Positions 1 through 10,677 of a stretch of 64,000 bases of DNA are shown in pieces. The position numbers and the translations under genes are program-made. The notes beneath the pieces are model-generated. The model searched no databases. It saw only the letters and a program-made list of their open reading frames with translations, and was not told the DNA's origin. This DNA is from Acidobacteriota bacterium (GTDB lineage Bacteria; Acidobacteriota; UBA890; WLXD01). The stretch is taken from NCBI GenBank assembly GCA_965205505.1, contig CBDBHB010000008.1, positions 512,001 through 576,000 of the forward strand, given 5' to 3'. Numbering within the stretch: position 1 is the stretch's first letter; each line of letters starts with the position of its first letter.

Positions 1-2
1 AT

Positions 3-377
3 CTGCTGGCCACCACCTTCGAGACCTTCGAGCGCAACATCCGCGACCAGCTCGGTCGAATGCTCGAGGGTGGGGGCTTCGACCCGGCCCGCGACATCGA
101 AGCGATCACCGTGAATCGCTGGCCGCACGGCTATGCCTATAGCTACAACACCCTGGACGATCCGATCGAGTGGGCGCTGTTCACCCCCGACGATCGGCCG
201 TGCGTCGTCGGCAGGCGGCGATTCGGGCGGATTTCCATCGCCAACTCCGATGCTGCTGCCTCCACCCACACGGACTCAGCCTTCGACGAGGCGCATCGAG
301 CCGTCCGCGAGCAACTCCTCGTTCGGAGCCTTGCCCGGCGAAGAACCTCCACTACGGACAAGATGCTGCCCCGGTAG
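3..377 (+). CDS. C-terminal part of FAD-dependent oxidoreductase, spermidine dehydrogenase (SpdH)-like; 5' end outside window
   Basis: Frame open from position 3: FETFERNIRDQLGRMLEGGGFDPARDIEAITVNRWPHGYAY...FGRISIANSDAAA, typical of this family's C-terminus. Confidence 0.7.
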   Translation: MLATTFETFERNIRDQLGRMLEGGGFDPARDIEAITVNRWPHGYAYSYNTLDDPIEWALFTPDDRPCVVGRRRFGRISIANSDAAASTHTDSAFDEAHRAVREQLLVRSLARRRTSTTDKMLPR

Positions 378-469
378 GACCAGGGCGTGTTTAGCGCGCG
401 CCGAGACCTCAAAAGACCGCCGTCGCCTTGACGAAGAGGGTGTCGCCCTGGTCGGAGCGCTCGCCGAAC

Positions 470-1050
470 TCGGCGGTGCCACGCTGAGGTACTCTCCTGA
501 TCGGGGTCGAGGTCGAGGTCGAGGCGCTGGAGCTCATACCCTAGCGACAGACCGTCGGTGAGCTTGTAACCGCCCTCGACTGACCAGAACATCTGCGATC
601 TTGCCGGCGACGCGCCCGGACCCAACTCGGTCAGCGGTGTCGCGGTTCAGTTCCGCGATCCCGACGCCGCAGACTACCGATTGGCTCTGACCGACGTCAC
701 GGCTTGGAACGCCAGCATGAACCTGTCGGCCGACGGCTTCAACCCCTTCGAGGACGACATCGAGGGTGAGGTGCGCGCCGATCCGTGGGACGTTGGAGCA
801 GACGAGGTGACGGACGGGCCGCTGACGGTGAGCAACATGCTGGTCGCGGCCGTGACAGAAGGCTCGGCGACCGTAACGTGGTCCACGAGCATTCCGGCCA
901 ACAATCGTGTCGAGCACGGCCTGGATTCGGGCTATGGCTCGACGTGACACGAGCGAGCATTCACCACTACATGCGAGTGAATGTCGACGGTGGAACGATC
1001 ACCGTGGAGGCCGTAGACAGCAACGGCGTGGTGATCGACACGTTTCGTGG
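470..1050. pseudogene. Mosaic of short gene fragments (outer-membrane beta-strand-like, PWDVGADE/fibronectin-like, metallophosphoesterase C-terminus-like)
   Basis: Short protein-like stretches (WSVEGGYKLTDGLSLGYE; DPWDVGADE...VTEGSATVTWST; HHYMRVNVDGGTITVEAVD) abut in different frames and strands without starts. Confidence 0.4.
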
Positions 1051-1196
1051 TGCAGTAGGAATTACGGCAGCGCGCCGAACACGACTCGACCGTCGAGCAG
1101 TTGGTGCCGATATCGACGAACACAATCGGGCCCGGGGCGAAAACGGATACGCCCCGGGCCCGGTGTGATCTTGTGATCGGCTAAACGGGTCGAAGA

Positions 1197-2837
<1,641 letters not shown>

Positions 2838-2857
2838 TTAAGAGTTCAGTGCCTGCG

Positions 2858-3163
2858 TTAGCCGACTACGCCGAGGATCTCGTCCTCGCGGACGATCAGG
2901 TGGTCGACGCCATCGAGCTTGATTTCCGTCCCCCCATACTTGCCGACCAGGACGGTGTCGCCGGCCGAAACCGACATCTCGGCGGTCGAGCCATCGTCGA
3001 GCCGCTTGCCCGGACCGATTGCCACGACCTCGGCCTCGAGCGGCTTCTCCTTGGCGGTGTCGGGGATGATGATGCCGCCGCTAACCTCTTCGGCGGCGTC
3101 CAAACGACGGAGCAGAACCCGGTCGTACAGAGGACGCACGCCGACACTCTTCTTCTTCGCCAT
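2858..3163 (-). CDS. groS: Co-chaperonin GroES
   Basis: 101 aa; RPLYDRV...[13 protein letters not shown]; directly upstream of groL. Confidence 0.99.
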   Translation of the reverse strand: MAKKKSVGVRPLYDRVLLRRLDAAEEVSGGIIIPDTAKEKPLEAEVVAIGPGKRLDDGSTAEMSVSAGDTVLVGKYGGTEIKLDGVDHLIVREDEILGVVG

Positions 3164-3268
3164 TGACTGTGAGCTCCTTGTGAAGTGGGTGATTGCAGAC
3201 GCTGTTGGTTGTCAATTCGTCTGCTGGCAGCGAGTCCGCGCGGAATTAGCGCTTTGAGTTGGACTCCG

Positions 3269-3295
3269 CTAGCACTCTACTAAGACGACTGCCAA
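3269..3295. promoter_or_regulatory. CIRCE (HrcA operator)
   Basis: CTAGCACTC-N9-GACTGCCAA versus consensus TTAGCACTC-N9-GAGTGCTAA, about 105 nt upstream of groS. Confidence 0.85.
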
Positions 3296-3380
3296 TCCTA
3301 CACGTGATGCCCGGTCGCGGCAAGCTACCCGGGGCAGCTGGGCACGCGCTCATCGCAGTTGGTATGGACCGACACAGTGA

Positions 3381-4751
3381 CTATCGGATCACGTACCACT
3401 CGGTTTCGCGACCGCCGGGGAATTCCATGCCATCCGGGGTGAAGGTCATGCCTGTTTCCGAGAAAAACACGACGCGCTGACCATCCCACTCGGGCACTTC
3501 GTATTCGATGTCCAGCTCCAGGGCGAACAGCGTGTCGTAGCGCAGCGGGCTGCCTCCATCGCCTCTACCGCGTCCCGAGCTCAGACCAGACCCGGCCGAG
3601 TGCACCTCGTCGGAGAAGAACCGGCCGAGCAGCCCGTAGCGCATGAAGTAGTAAGCGAGGGAGTGCGCATAGAGTTTTGCCTGGATGCCTTCCGCCCGGG
3701 CTCGCTCGACCGCCGCGATGCCGATCTCATTGCCGCTGCGGCCCGGGTGCATCTCCTCGCCGATCAGGTCCTGGAAGCGGATGATGTGCCGCAGAGCTTC
3801 CTGGATCCCCTCGGGAGGCTCGTCTTCGCCCCCTTTGAGGACGTAGGCAGACTGCTGCGTATCGGTGTACAGACCCAAGTACATGATGCCCGTATCACAG
3901 AAGATGAGGTCTCCTCGCCGGATGATGAGATTGAGTCCCACCCTGGGTGACGGATCGTCCACGAAGCGTTCGTCGAAGACCCTGAAGTACTCGTCGTCGT
4001 CGTCGTACTTGGCGCGCTCGGCCTTGCTCCTCTGAACCGTGACGGTGGGATGGTCGACGGTTCCCAGCCCCAGGTCTGCGTATCGCTGCCGGATCCACCA
4101 GTTGACGTCATCGGTCGTCGTGACGTCGGGGACGATCACCTTGTTGGAGAAGGCCTCGGCGATGATCTCGTGGGCCAGCCGGAGAACCTGCTTGAAGACA
4201 CTCTGTTCCCGGGGGGTGCGAGTTCCTAGCCAGTGATTGGCGAGCGTTGCTGCCGGCACGACGCGGGAAGCAAGATTCTCGCCGAGCCGTCGCGTCATCT
4301 CTGCGAGCTCTGACTCTGAGGCGGCACTGCGGTTCCGGCGGCTGCGTCCGCCGCCGATGGCGATTCGAGCAGGGTCTCTGGCTCTGACGATTCCGGCAAG
4401 ATCGTCGCTTTCTGCCATCAGGCTCTCGATGCCCGCCGCTTCGCCTCTATCGAAGAAGACCAGGTGGGAGGGGGTCTCCAGCACGGCGCCATCCGCTTCC
4501 GATTGCAGCAGCGAGACGTAGAGGGGACCGTCGCCCTCGTTGACGATCCACATGTCGATTCCGTTCTCTCGCATCACCTGCGGCAAGATCGTTCGCTGCT
4601 TCTCCTTGAGCAGGGCGTTCATCAGAATCGCCTGCTGACGCCTCGTCAAGACACTCTCGGCATCATCGACCAGGACGATCCCGGCGCCCTGGGCAAACAC
4701 CGGACCGCTCACGGCCATCACGAGGAGCGCTGCTATGAGTCGCAAGTGCAT
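3381..4751 (-). CDS. Secreted M24 family (Xaa-Pro aminopeptidase-like) metallopeptidase
   Basis: Signal peptide; LPQVMRENGIDMW, IVPDVTTTDDVNWW, GDLIFCDTGIMYLGLYTDTQQ. Confidence 0.8.
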   Translation of the reverse strand: MHLRLIAALLVMAVSGPVFAQGAGIVLVDDAESVLTRRQQAILMNALLKEKQRTILPQVMRENGIDMWIVNEGDGPLYVSLLQSEADGAVLETPSHLVFFDRGEAAGIESLMAESDDLAGIVRARDPARIAIGGGRSRRNRSAASESELAEMTRRLGENLASRVVPAATLANHWLGTRTPREQSVFKQVLRLAHEIIAEAFSNKVIVPDVTTTDDVNWWIRQRYADLGLGTVDHPTVTVQRSKAERAKYDDDDEYFRVFDERFVDDPSPRVGLNLIIRRGDLIFCDTGIMYLGLYTDTQQSAYVLKGGEDEPPEGIQEALRHIIRFQDLIGEEMHPGRSGNEIGIAAVERARAEGIQAKLYAHSLAYYFMRYGLLGRFFSDEVHSAGSGLSSGRGRGDGGSPLRYDTLFALELDIEYEVPEWDGQRVVFFSETGMTFTPDGMEFPGGRETEWYVIR

Positions 4752-4757
4752 GATCCG

Positions 4758-5693
4758 CTAAGGCTGGCCGGCAGCGCCCTTGCCCTGGTTAATGACACTC
4801 ATCGCGGTGGCTATTATCGAAGCCGCATCGGCGACGCTCGCCGGCAGGATCATGGTGTTGTTGGTCTTGGCCAGCTCTCCGAACTTCTCGATGTAATCCT
4901 GCGCGACCTTCAGCTGCACCGCCTCCGGACCGCCGGGGGCACCAATCGCCTCGGCGACACGAGTGATCCCGTCGGCAGTCGCGGCGGCAACAGCGAGGAT
5001 CGCCTCGGCTTCGCCCTGTGCCTCGTTGATCTGCTTTTGTTTGGCGGCTTCCGAAGCCTTGATGACCTGCTGCTTGGTGCCTTCCGCCTCGTTGACTGCC
5101 GCATCACGCTCGCCTTCCGAGGTCAGCACCACGGCGCGCTTTTCCCGCTCGGCGCGCATTTGCTTTTCCATTGCGGCGAGGACGTCCTGCGGCGGAGTGA
5201 TGTTCTTGATCTCGTATCGCAGCACCTTGATCCCCCAGGGCTCGGAGGCCTTGTCCACTTCTTCGACGACCCGGATGTTTATCGTGGTGCGCTCTTCGAA
5301 GGTCCGGTCCAGATCGATCTTGCCGATTTCGCTGCGCAGGGTGGTTTGGGCGAGCTGGCTGATCGCGAACATGTAGTTGGCCACACCGTAGGAGGCGCGT
5401 TTCGGATCCATGACCTTGAGGTAGAGCACCCCGTCAACGCCGACTTGCACGTTGTCGCGCGTGATGCAGATCTGTTCCGGAATGTCGACGGCCGTCTCCT
5501 TGAGACCGTGCTGGTAGCGAATCACATCGAGGAACGGCAGGAGGATATGGAATCCCGGTTCGAGCGTCTTGTGGAACTTGCCCAGCCGCTCGACGATGAA
5601 GGCGTTCTGTTGTGGAACGACCTTCGCCGTCTTGGTAATAACGATGACAACGAAAGCTGCAAAAACGGTGAAAACGAAGACTGTCATGCTCAC
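4758..5693 (-). CDS. SPFH/stomatin-like protein (QmcA/paraslipin)
   Basis: IVERLGKF, QICITRDNV, AMEKQMRAEREKRA; GTG start overlaps the nfeD stop. Confidence 0.92.
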   Translation of the reverse strand: MSMTVFVFTVFAAFVVIVITKTAKVVPQQNAFIVERLGKFHKTLEPGFHILLPFLDVIRYQHGLKETAVDIPEQICITRDNVQVGVDGVLYLKVMDPKRASYGVANYMFAISQLAQTTLRSEIGKIDLDRTFEERTTINIRVVEEVDKASEPWGIKVLRYEIKNITPPQDVLAAMEKQMRAEREKRAVVLTSEGERDAAVNEAEGTKQQVIKASEAAKQKQINEAQGEAEAILAVAAATADGITRVAEAIGAPGGPEAVQLKVAQDYIEKFGELAKTNNTMILPASVADAASIIATAMSVINQGKGAAGQP

Positions 5694-6130
5694 GCCTGGC
5701 TCCTCCGTATATAGAGTTTCAACCCGTCGACCCACTCAACTACACCCCTGTCACCTTGGGCAAGAGCCTCTGCGCCTACGTTCTGCGCACCCCAGGAAGT
5801 GCCGCGAAGCTCAGCTCTGCCGTCGGCGCCGGGAGCGATGTCCTCGGCGACGACCACCGACTTGCCCACCAGCGAGTCGACATGCCCAGCAGCGTCTTCA
5901 GTTCTTTCCAACCTTCGTAGAATCGGCCCGCGAAGCATGAGCAGGGACGCCACCGAGAGCACCGAGAACACGGCCCACTGAAACCACACGGGGCCGCCGA
6001 TACCGAGCGAGACCAGTACCCCCACGACGACAGCAGCGGCACCAAAGAACAGCAGGATGATACCGCCCGGAACCATGACCTCGAGGGCCAGCAGCCCCAG
6101 CCCGACGAGTATCCAAATCCACCAGTCCAT
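5690..6130 (-). CDS. NfeD-family membrane protein (YbbJ-like)
   Basis: Hydrophobic N-terminus, OB-fold motif GRAELRGTSW, canonical pairing with SPFH gene. Confidence 0.9.
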   Translation of the reverse strand: MDWWIWILVGLGLLALEVMVPGGIILLFFGAAAVVVGVLVSLGIGGPVWFQWAVFSVLSVASLLMLRGPILRRLERTEDAAGHVDSLVGKSVVVAEDIAPGADGRAELRGTSWGAQNVGAEALAQGDRGVVEWVDGLKLYIRRSQA

Positions 6131-6243
6131 GTCAGATCTCCTTTCGGCCGGCGAGCTTGAGAGTCTACATGTACGTACTCTGGGTAGGGTTCGGAATCGT
6201 GAACCACCCGGCCGCGTGTCGCCGAGCTGACGAATGTGCACCG

Positions 6244-7455
6244 TCACTCACTGGGAGCGGACGCAACGCCCGCACCGCGCAACTTCACTCGTGTCTTGCT
6301 GCCGTTGGGGTCATTGGACACGATGACGACCTTGGCCCGCTGCAGCCCCGTCGCGGTGGGCTCGAAACGGACCCGGAAATCGCAGGACTGCTGAGGGGCC
6401 AAGACGGCGCTCGAACAGGTGTCCCTGCGGTTCGGCAGAGTGAACTGCGATCGGCCGCCGCCGGTGAGCTTGATCGTGAAGATGTCGACATCCTGGGGTG
6501 CTTGGTTGGTGACGGTGACCCTTTGCAACGCACCCGCACCGATTTCGACCTCCCCGAAGTCGAGCTTCGGCTCGACGGTCAGACCACCGACAGTGCTGTC
6601 CTCGACCCACAGCGGATCGGCCCCGTCCGGGTCGCGGCTCTCTCCGAGAAAGCCGTGGTTCTGGGCGGGCGACAAGTCTTCGAGGGCCTGCCCTGCACCC
6701 TCGTCGAAAGCCCAGTAGCCGACGAGGCCGGACGAGAGAGGATCCACCCCCAGCCTGTGGACGTCCGCGATCTCAGCATCGGTGAGAGCGACGTTCCACA
6801 TGGCAGGCTCGTCGATCTGTCCGGGGAAAAACCAGGTCGGCGGCTCCACGCCTCCGGGGGGCGGGCCGATCGTGCCGAACGTGCAGCCGATGGACAGGTC
6901 CTGGAAATTGTTCGATGAAGGCAGGCCGGTTCCCTGACAACTCGCCCGCCTTTGTCCGTCTATGTAGAGAGCCAGGTCCGCCGATGAGTGGCGCGCCACA
7001 GCCACGTGGTGCCAGGCATCATCGGCTACGAAAAGATCGCCATTGACAGCGCACGTACCCGACGGGAAGCAGTCGTTTAATGGATAGCAGTAGTTGTTCT
7101 CGCGCGTGTCCTCGAGCATGACCTCCAGAGTCCCGTCGCCGGTAACGTAGAGTTGCCAGCTCAGGTTGAACGAATTGTCGTCCTCCCCGCGAGCGACGAT
7201 GGCCGCTCTACCGCTGGGCTGTGTGAGCTTGATCCAGGCGCCGGCGGTGAAGACCTCGGTGGGGAACGAAGCATCGTAGGGAACAATCACGCGGTCATCG
7301 GTCCCGTCAAACTGGAGAACCGTTGCGCCCTCTAGCAGGCCGGTCGTCTGCGCCGGGGCGTTCCCATGAGCCAACAGCACGATGGCAAGCAACATCGCCC
7401 AGTACAGCGAACGGTGCAGTGCGGGTCCTTGCCGGTGCAATCGTCTGCGCCACAT
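6244..7455 (-). CDS. Secreted LamG-like jellyroll protein with C-terminal Ig-like (choice-of-anchor D) domain
   Basis: LQFDGTDD, WHHVAVAR, FPGQIDE, GLVGYWAFDEG; LDFGEV...VRFEPT...SNDP. Confidence 0.8.
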   Translation of the reverse strand: MWRRRLHRQGPALHRSLYWAMLLAIVLLAHGNAPAQTTGLLEGATVLQFDGTDDRVIVPYDASFPTEVFTAGAWIKLTQPSGRAAIVARGEDDNSFNLSWQLYVTGDGTLEVMLEDTRENNYCYPLNDCFPSGTCAVNGDLFVADDAWHHVAVARHSSADLALYIDGQRRASCQGTGLPSSNNFQDLSIGCTFGTIGPPPGGVEPPTWFFPGQIDEPAMWNVALTDAEIADVHRLGVDPLSSGLVGYWAFDEGAGQALEDLSPAQNHGFLGESRDPDGADPLWVEDSTVGGLTVEPKLDFGEVEIGAGALQRVTVTNQAPQDVDIFTIKLTGGGRSQFTLPNRRDTCSSAVLAPQQSCDFRVRFEPTATGLQRAKVVIVSNDPNGSKTRVKLRGAGVASAPSE

Positions 7456-7458
7456 TCT

Positions 7459-8995
7459 CTACTCCACCACGAACTGGCCCATCATCCCGACGTCTTCGTG
7501 CTCGAGGATGTGGCAATGGAACATGTACGGGCTCAGCGGATCCGCGTAGTCGCGAAATCGCTTGATGATGCGTACGGTCTCGAAGGGGCGCACCAGCACC
7601 ACGTCCTTCCAGCCGAGCTCTTGTGCCGGCGGCAGCACGCCGTCCCGCGACAGGACCTGGAACGAGTTTCCGTGCACGTGGAACGGATGGGCCTGAGTGT
7701 TGGGGTTGGTGATCTCCCAGATCTCGGTATCGCCAACGCGGATGCGTGCGTCGATGATCGCCATGTCCATCCGCTTGCCGTTGATTCCAAAGGGGTTGGC
7801 ATTGAGCTCGAAAGACCGTGGGCTCGTGGCGTTCACGGCTTCTGACTCCGGAATCCGAGCGACCGTTGCCAGGCGCTCGGGAACGCTCGTAACCGCATTG
7901 GCCTTGGTACGCTTGACGCGGATGGTGAGCAGATCGAAATCCGCCCTGTCCCATGAATCCTGCAACGGACGCGGTACCAACCGCGTGCCGTTCTCCGAAT
8001 TGAAGCTGCGAAGCTCGATCTTCCGGCCCTTGTCGGCACCCAGGTCGACCAGGATCTCGGCGCGCTCCGCGGGCGCCAGGATCAGCCGGGACAAGGGCAC
8101 CGGAGCGACGAGGAAGCCGCCGTCCGAGCCCACCTGATAGAAGATCCGCTCGTCACTGAAGCCTAGGTTGTAGATGCGCGCATTGGAGGCGTTCAGGGAG
8201 GCGAAGGCGGATTACCTGGGCGCCAACCTTCAGGAGCGGAGCCTCGACGCCGTTTACCAGGAAGTGACCGCCCTTGCGGAGCGCCGGATCAGTGGCGGGG
8301 TTCCAGTCGTCGGGGAAATGCATGAGGCGGCCGTCCTCGTGAAACCGTCGGTCCTGGAGAATCAGCGGGATGTCATCGCGCCCGTAGGACCGCGGCAACG
8401 CAAGCATGTCCGAGGTGTCGTCCTCGACGATGAGCATGCCGGCGAGCCCCTGGTAGACCTGGTAGCCAGTCCCCATCGGATCCATGAGCACCGACTGACC
8501 CAGCGAGGCGTGCGGGTGTGGGTGGTACCAATACGTTGCGGCGCGGTTGAGCACCGGGAACGAGGCTGCCCACGTGTCCCCGGGCTCGATCCTCTGATGG
8601 GGGCCACCATCCATGGCCGCAGGCACGTGCATGCCATGCCAGTGGGTGGTGGCGGTGACGCCGAAGCTGTTGGTCACATTGATCGCCACCAGATCGCCTT
8701 TTCGCACTACCAAGGTAGGTCCGAGGTAGTCACCGTTGTATCCGACGGTCTCCGTTTGCCTGCCAGCGAGGAATTTCCGCGTACCTGGCTACGCTGTCAG
8801 CTCGTAAGTCATGAGGCCATCTCGCGCCGTGCCCTCGAGCAGCGGGGGAATAGGTAGCGCCTGGAGCTTCAAGGCAGCCCTGACCTTCTGAGGCTCGGGA
8901 GCTCTCCAAGCGGACGTCGCTAGCAGCAGGGAGCTCGCGGTTCCTGTGGAGAGCTCCACAAACGATCGGCGTGAGAGCGTTGGCCGTTTCCGCAT
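7459..8995 (-). pseudogene. Tat-exported multicopper oxidase (CueO-like), interrupted
   Basis: SRRSF Tat motif; HWHG, WYHPH, HPFHVHG, HCHILEHED; in-frame TAG at 8789-8791 and a +1 frameshift near 8197. Confidence 0.88.
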
Positions 8996-9264
8996 GGAGT
9001 CTGCCTTCGTCCGGTGCTGAGCGTAGATCGAGCTTGTGCGGGGTGCGCATTCCACCGTCGAGCGCAAGCCTCGCAAGCAACGCCACGATATGACCTGCTG
9101 ACCAGACCCCGCGGCCAGTGGTGTCAAGTTAGACGCAACATCGGCGAGAAACGTCGATCCACGAGCCCAAGTCGTCGCTTGTCCTCCGGGCGCTGCACGT
9201 CCACCCAAGAGGACTGGGCTGCCCGCAATCGACCTGAGTAGCCAGCACCCGTGGTGCAAACCGG

Positions 9265-9350
9265 GACACGGCTATGTGGAGAGCTCCAACGGCAAGCTAC
9301 GCGACGATTTGCTGAACGGGGAGATCTTCTACGCGCTCACAGAAGCGACC
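9265..9350 (+). mobile_element. IS3-family transposase remnant
   Basis: GYVESSNGKLRDDLLNGEIFYALTEA, the third acidic-residue region of IS3 OrfB. Confidence 0.7.
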
Positions 9351-9386
9351 GCCTCAAGAACAGAGGGCGTGCTTCTCAGGAAGTCA

Positions 9387-10616
9387 CTATCGTCGAACTG
9401 TTCGATCACGGAATCGAAGAACTTCAACACTTGTCAACGAATCGGTGCCATCCCTGTTCAGGCGATTATCACGGACTGTCACCAACCCCTCGTGAGTCGT
9501 CACGGAGTAGCCTTCATAGGCCCCGGAAAACACTGCGGTGTCATCTCCAACGTTCCCGTTGAGTCGGTCGTCCCCTCCGCCTCCTCTCAATACGTTGTTC
9601 CCGGAATTCCCCGTCAGCGTATTGGCGTGACGGTTTCCAGTCAGGCTTGCATCGTTGTTTCCCGTCAGAGTCACGTTCCGCAGGTGCTGTGACTTGTAGG
9701 TATAGACCTGCGATTCATCAACTTGAATCGAGAACGTGCCCTCAAAGTCTTCTGGTAGCAAGGGCGTGTACGTCAGGTACGGGTGGAAGAAACTCGTGAT
9801 GAGCTCATAGGCGACCGGGTCGATCTCCAACAGGCGCGCGCGGGTGTTGGCCGCATTCTGCCCCCAATGAGCGGTCCCTTCCGGCATTTCTCCGGGTAGA
9901 ACATCCCTTCCTTCCCATCTCTTCGGCTGCACTACCCATAGGTCGTAGTAGACATCGAACTCTTGGGCAAAGTACTCAACCGAATTGCTCCCGTCGTTGT
10001 AATCCCTCGACCAGCCTCTTGCAGCCGCAGCCTCATGCGCCGCCGCGATCTCCGCTTGGAATTCTGGCAGCGCGGTCATGATGCCGCTGCGTTGCACGAG
10101 GTGGAGAACTTCCTCGTAGGACGCATCCCGGGTGAGGTGGCTCATGTAATCGTCAGTGCCCTCGACGGCAGTTTCCTTCGTCCACATAGACTGCAATTGA
10201 AGGTCGGTCGTACTGCCGAGCGGGCCACGCCTCGCCTCTCTGGCCGTGTCGGAGCTATTGAACAAGAGCATGGTCGCCTTTCTGTCGCCCATGGCGTTGG
10301 CGACCGCTGCCTTATTGCTGCCATATTTGGAGCCAGGATAGTCAGTTAACATATGCCTCATGACATTCCTGATCTTTATGACCTCGTCCTCAGGCCACTC
10401 GTCTTGGACAAGAAAATGAATCGGCTTCCCGTTCGTCGCGAGTACTTTGGTGTATTTCGAAAACACATCTGTAAATACGGAGGGGGTATCGGATGGAAAC
10501 GAGACAATACCGTTGGGAGAATCGGAGGTGTCGATTTCTGGCAACGTAACAATCTGCGCGTATCCCGACGCGGCGACGGAGCATGACAATAGAAACAATG
10601 TCCCGAGTGAATACAT
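9387..10616 (-). CDS. Secreted protein with C-terminal RTX/hemolysin-type Ca-binding repeats
   Basis: Signal-like N-terminus; LTGNSGNNVLRGGGGDDRLNG; DGTDSLTSVEVLRF. Confidence 0.7.
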   Translation of the reverse strand: MYSLGTLFLLSCSVAASGYAQIVTLPEIDTSDSPNGIVSFPSDTPSVFTDVFSKYTKVLATNGKPIHFLVQDEWPEDEVIKIRNVMRHMLTDYPGSKYGSNKAAVANAMGDRKATMLLFNSSDTAREARRGPLGSTTDLQLQSMWTKETAVEGTDDYMSHLTRDASYEEVLHLVQRSGIMTALPEFQAEIAAAHEAAAARGWSRDYNDGSNSVEYFAQEFDVYYDLWVVQPKRWEGRDVLPGEMPEGTAHWGQNAANTRARLLEIDPVAYELITSFFHPYLTYTPLLPEDFEGTFSIQVDESQVYTYKSQHLRNVTLTGNNDASLTGNRHANTLTGNSGNNVLRGGGGDDRLNGNVGDDTAVFSGAYEGYSVTTHEGLVTVRDNRLNRDGTDSLTSVEVLRFRDRTVRR

Positions 10617-10677
10617 GGTTGCGTTGTTGTGCACGATCACCTCTCGAATTGTGGTAAAGAGACCATGGCCTGCTAGT

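Noticed and set aside
8789-8791. In-frame TAG as pyrrolysine or recoding
   Set aside because: The same gene also has a frameshift, and other genes here (e.g. groL) use TAG as a true stop
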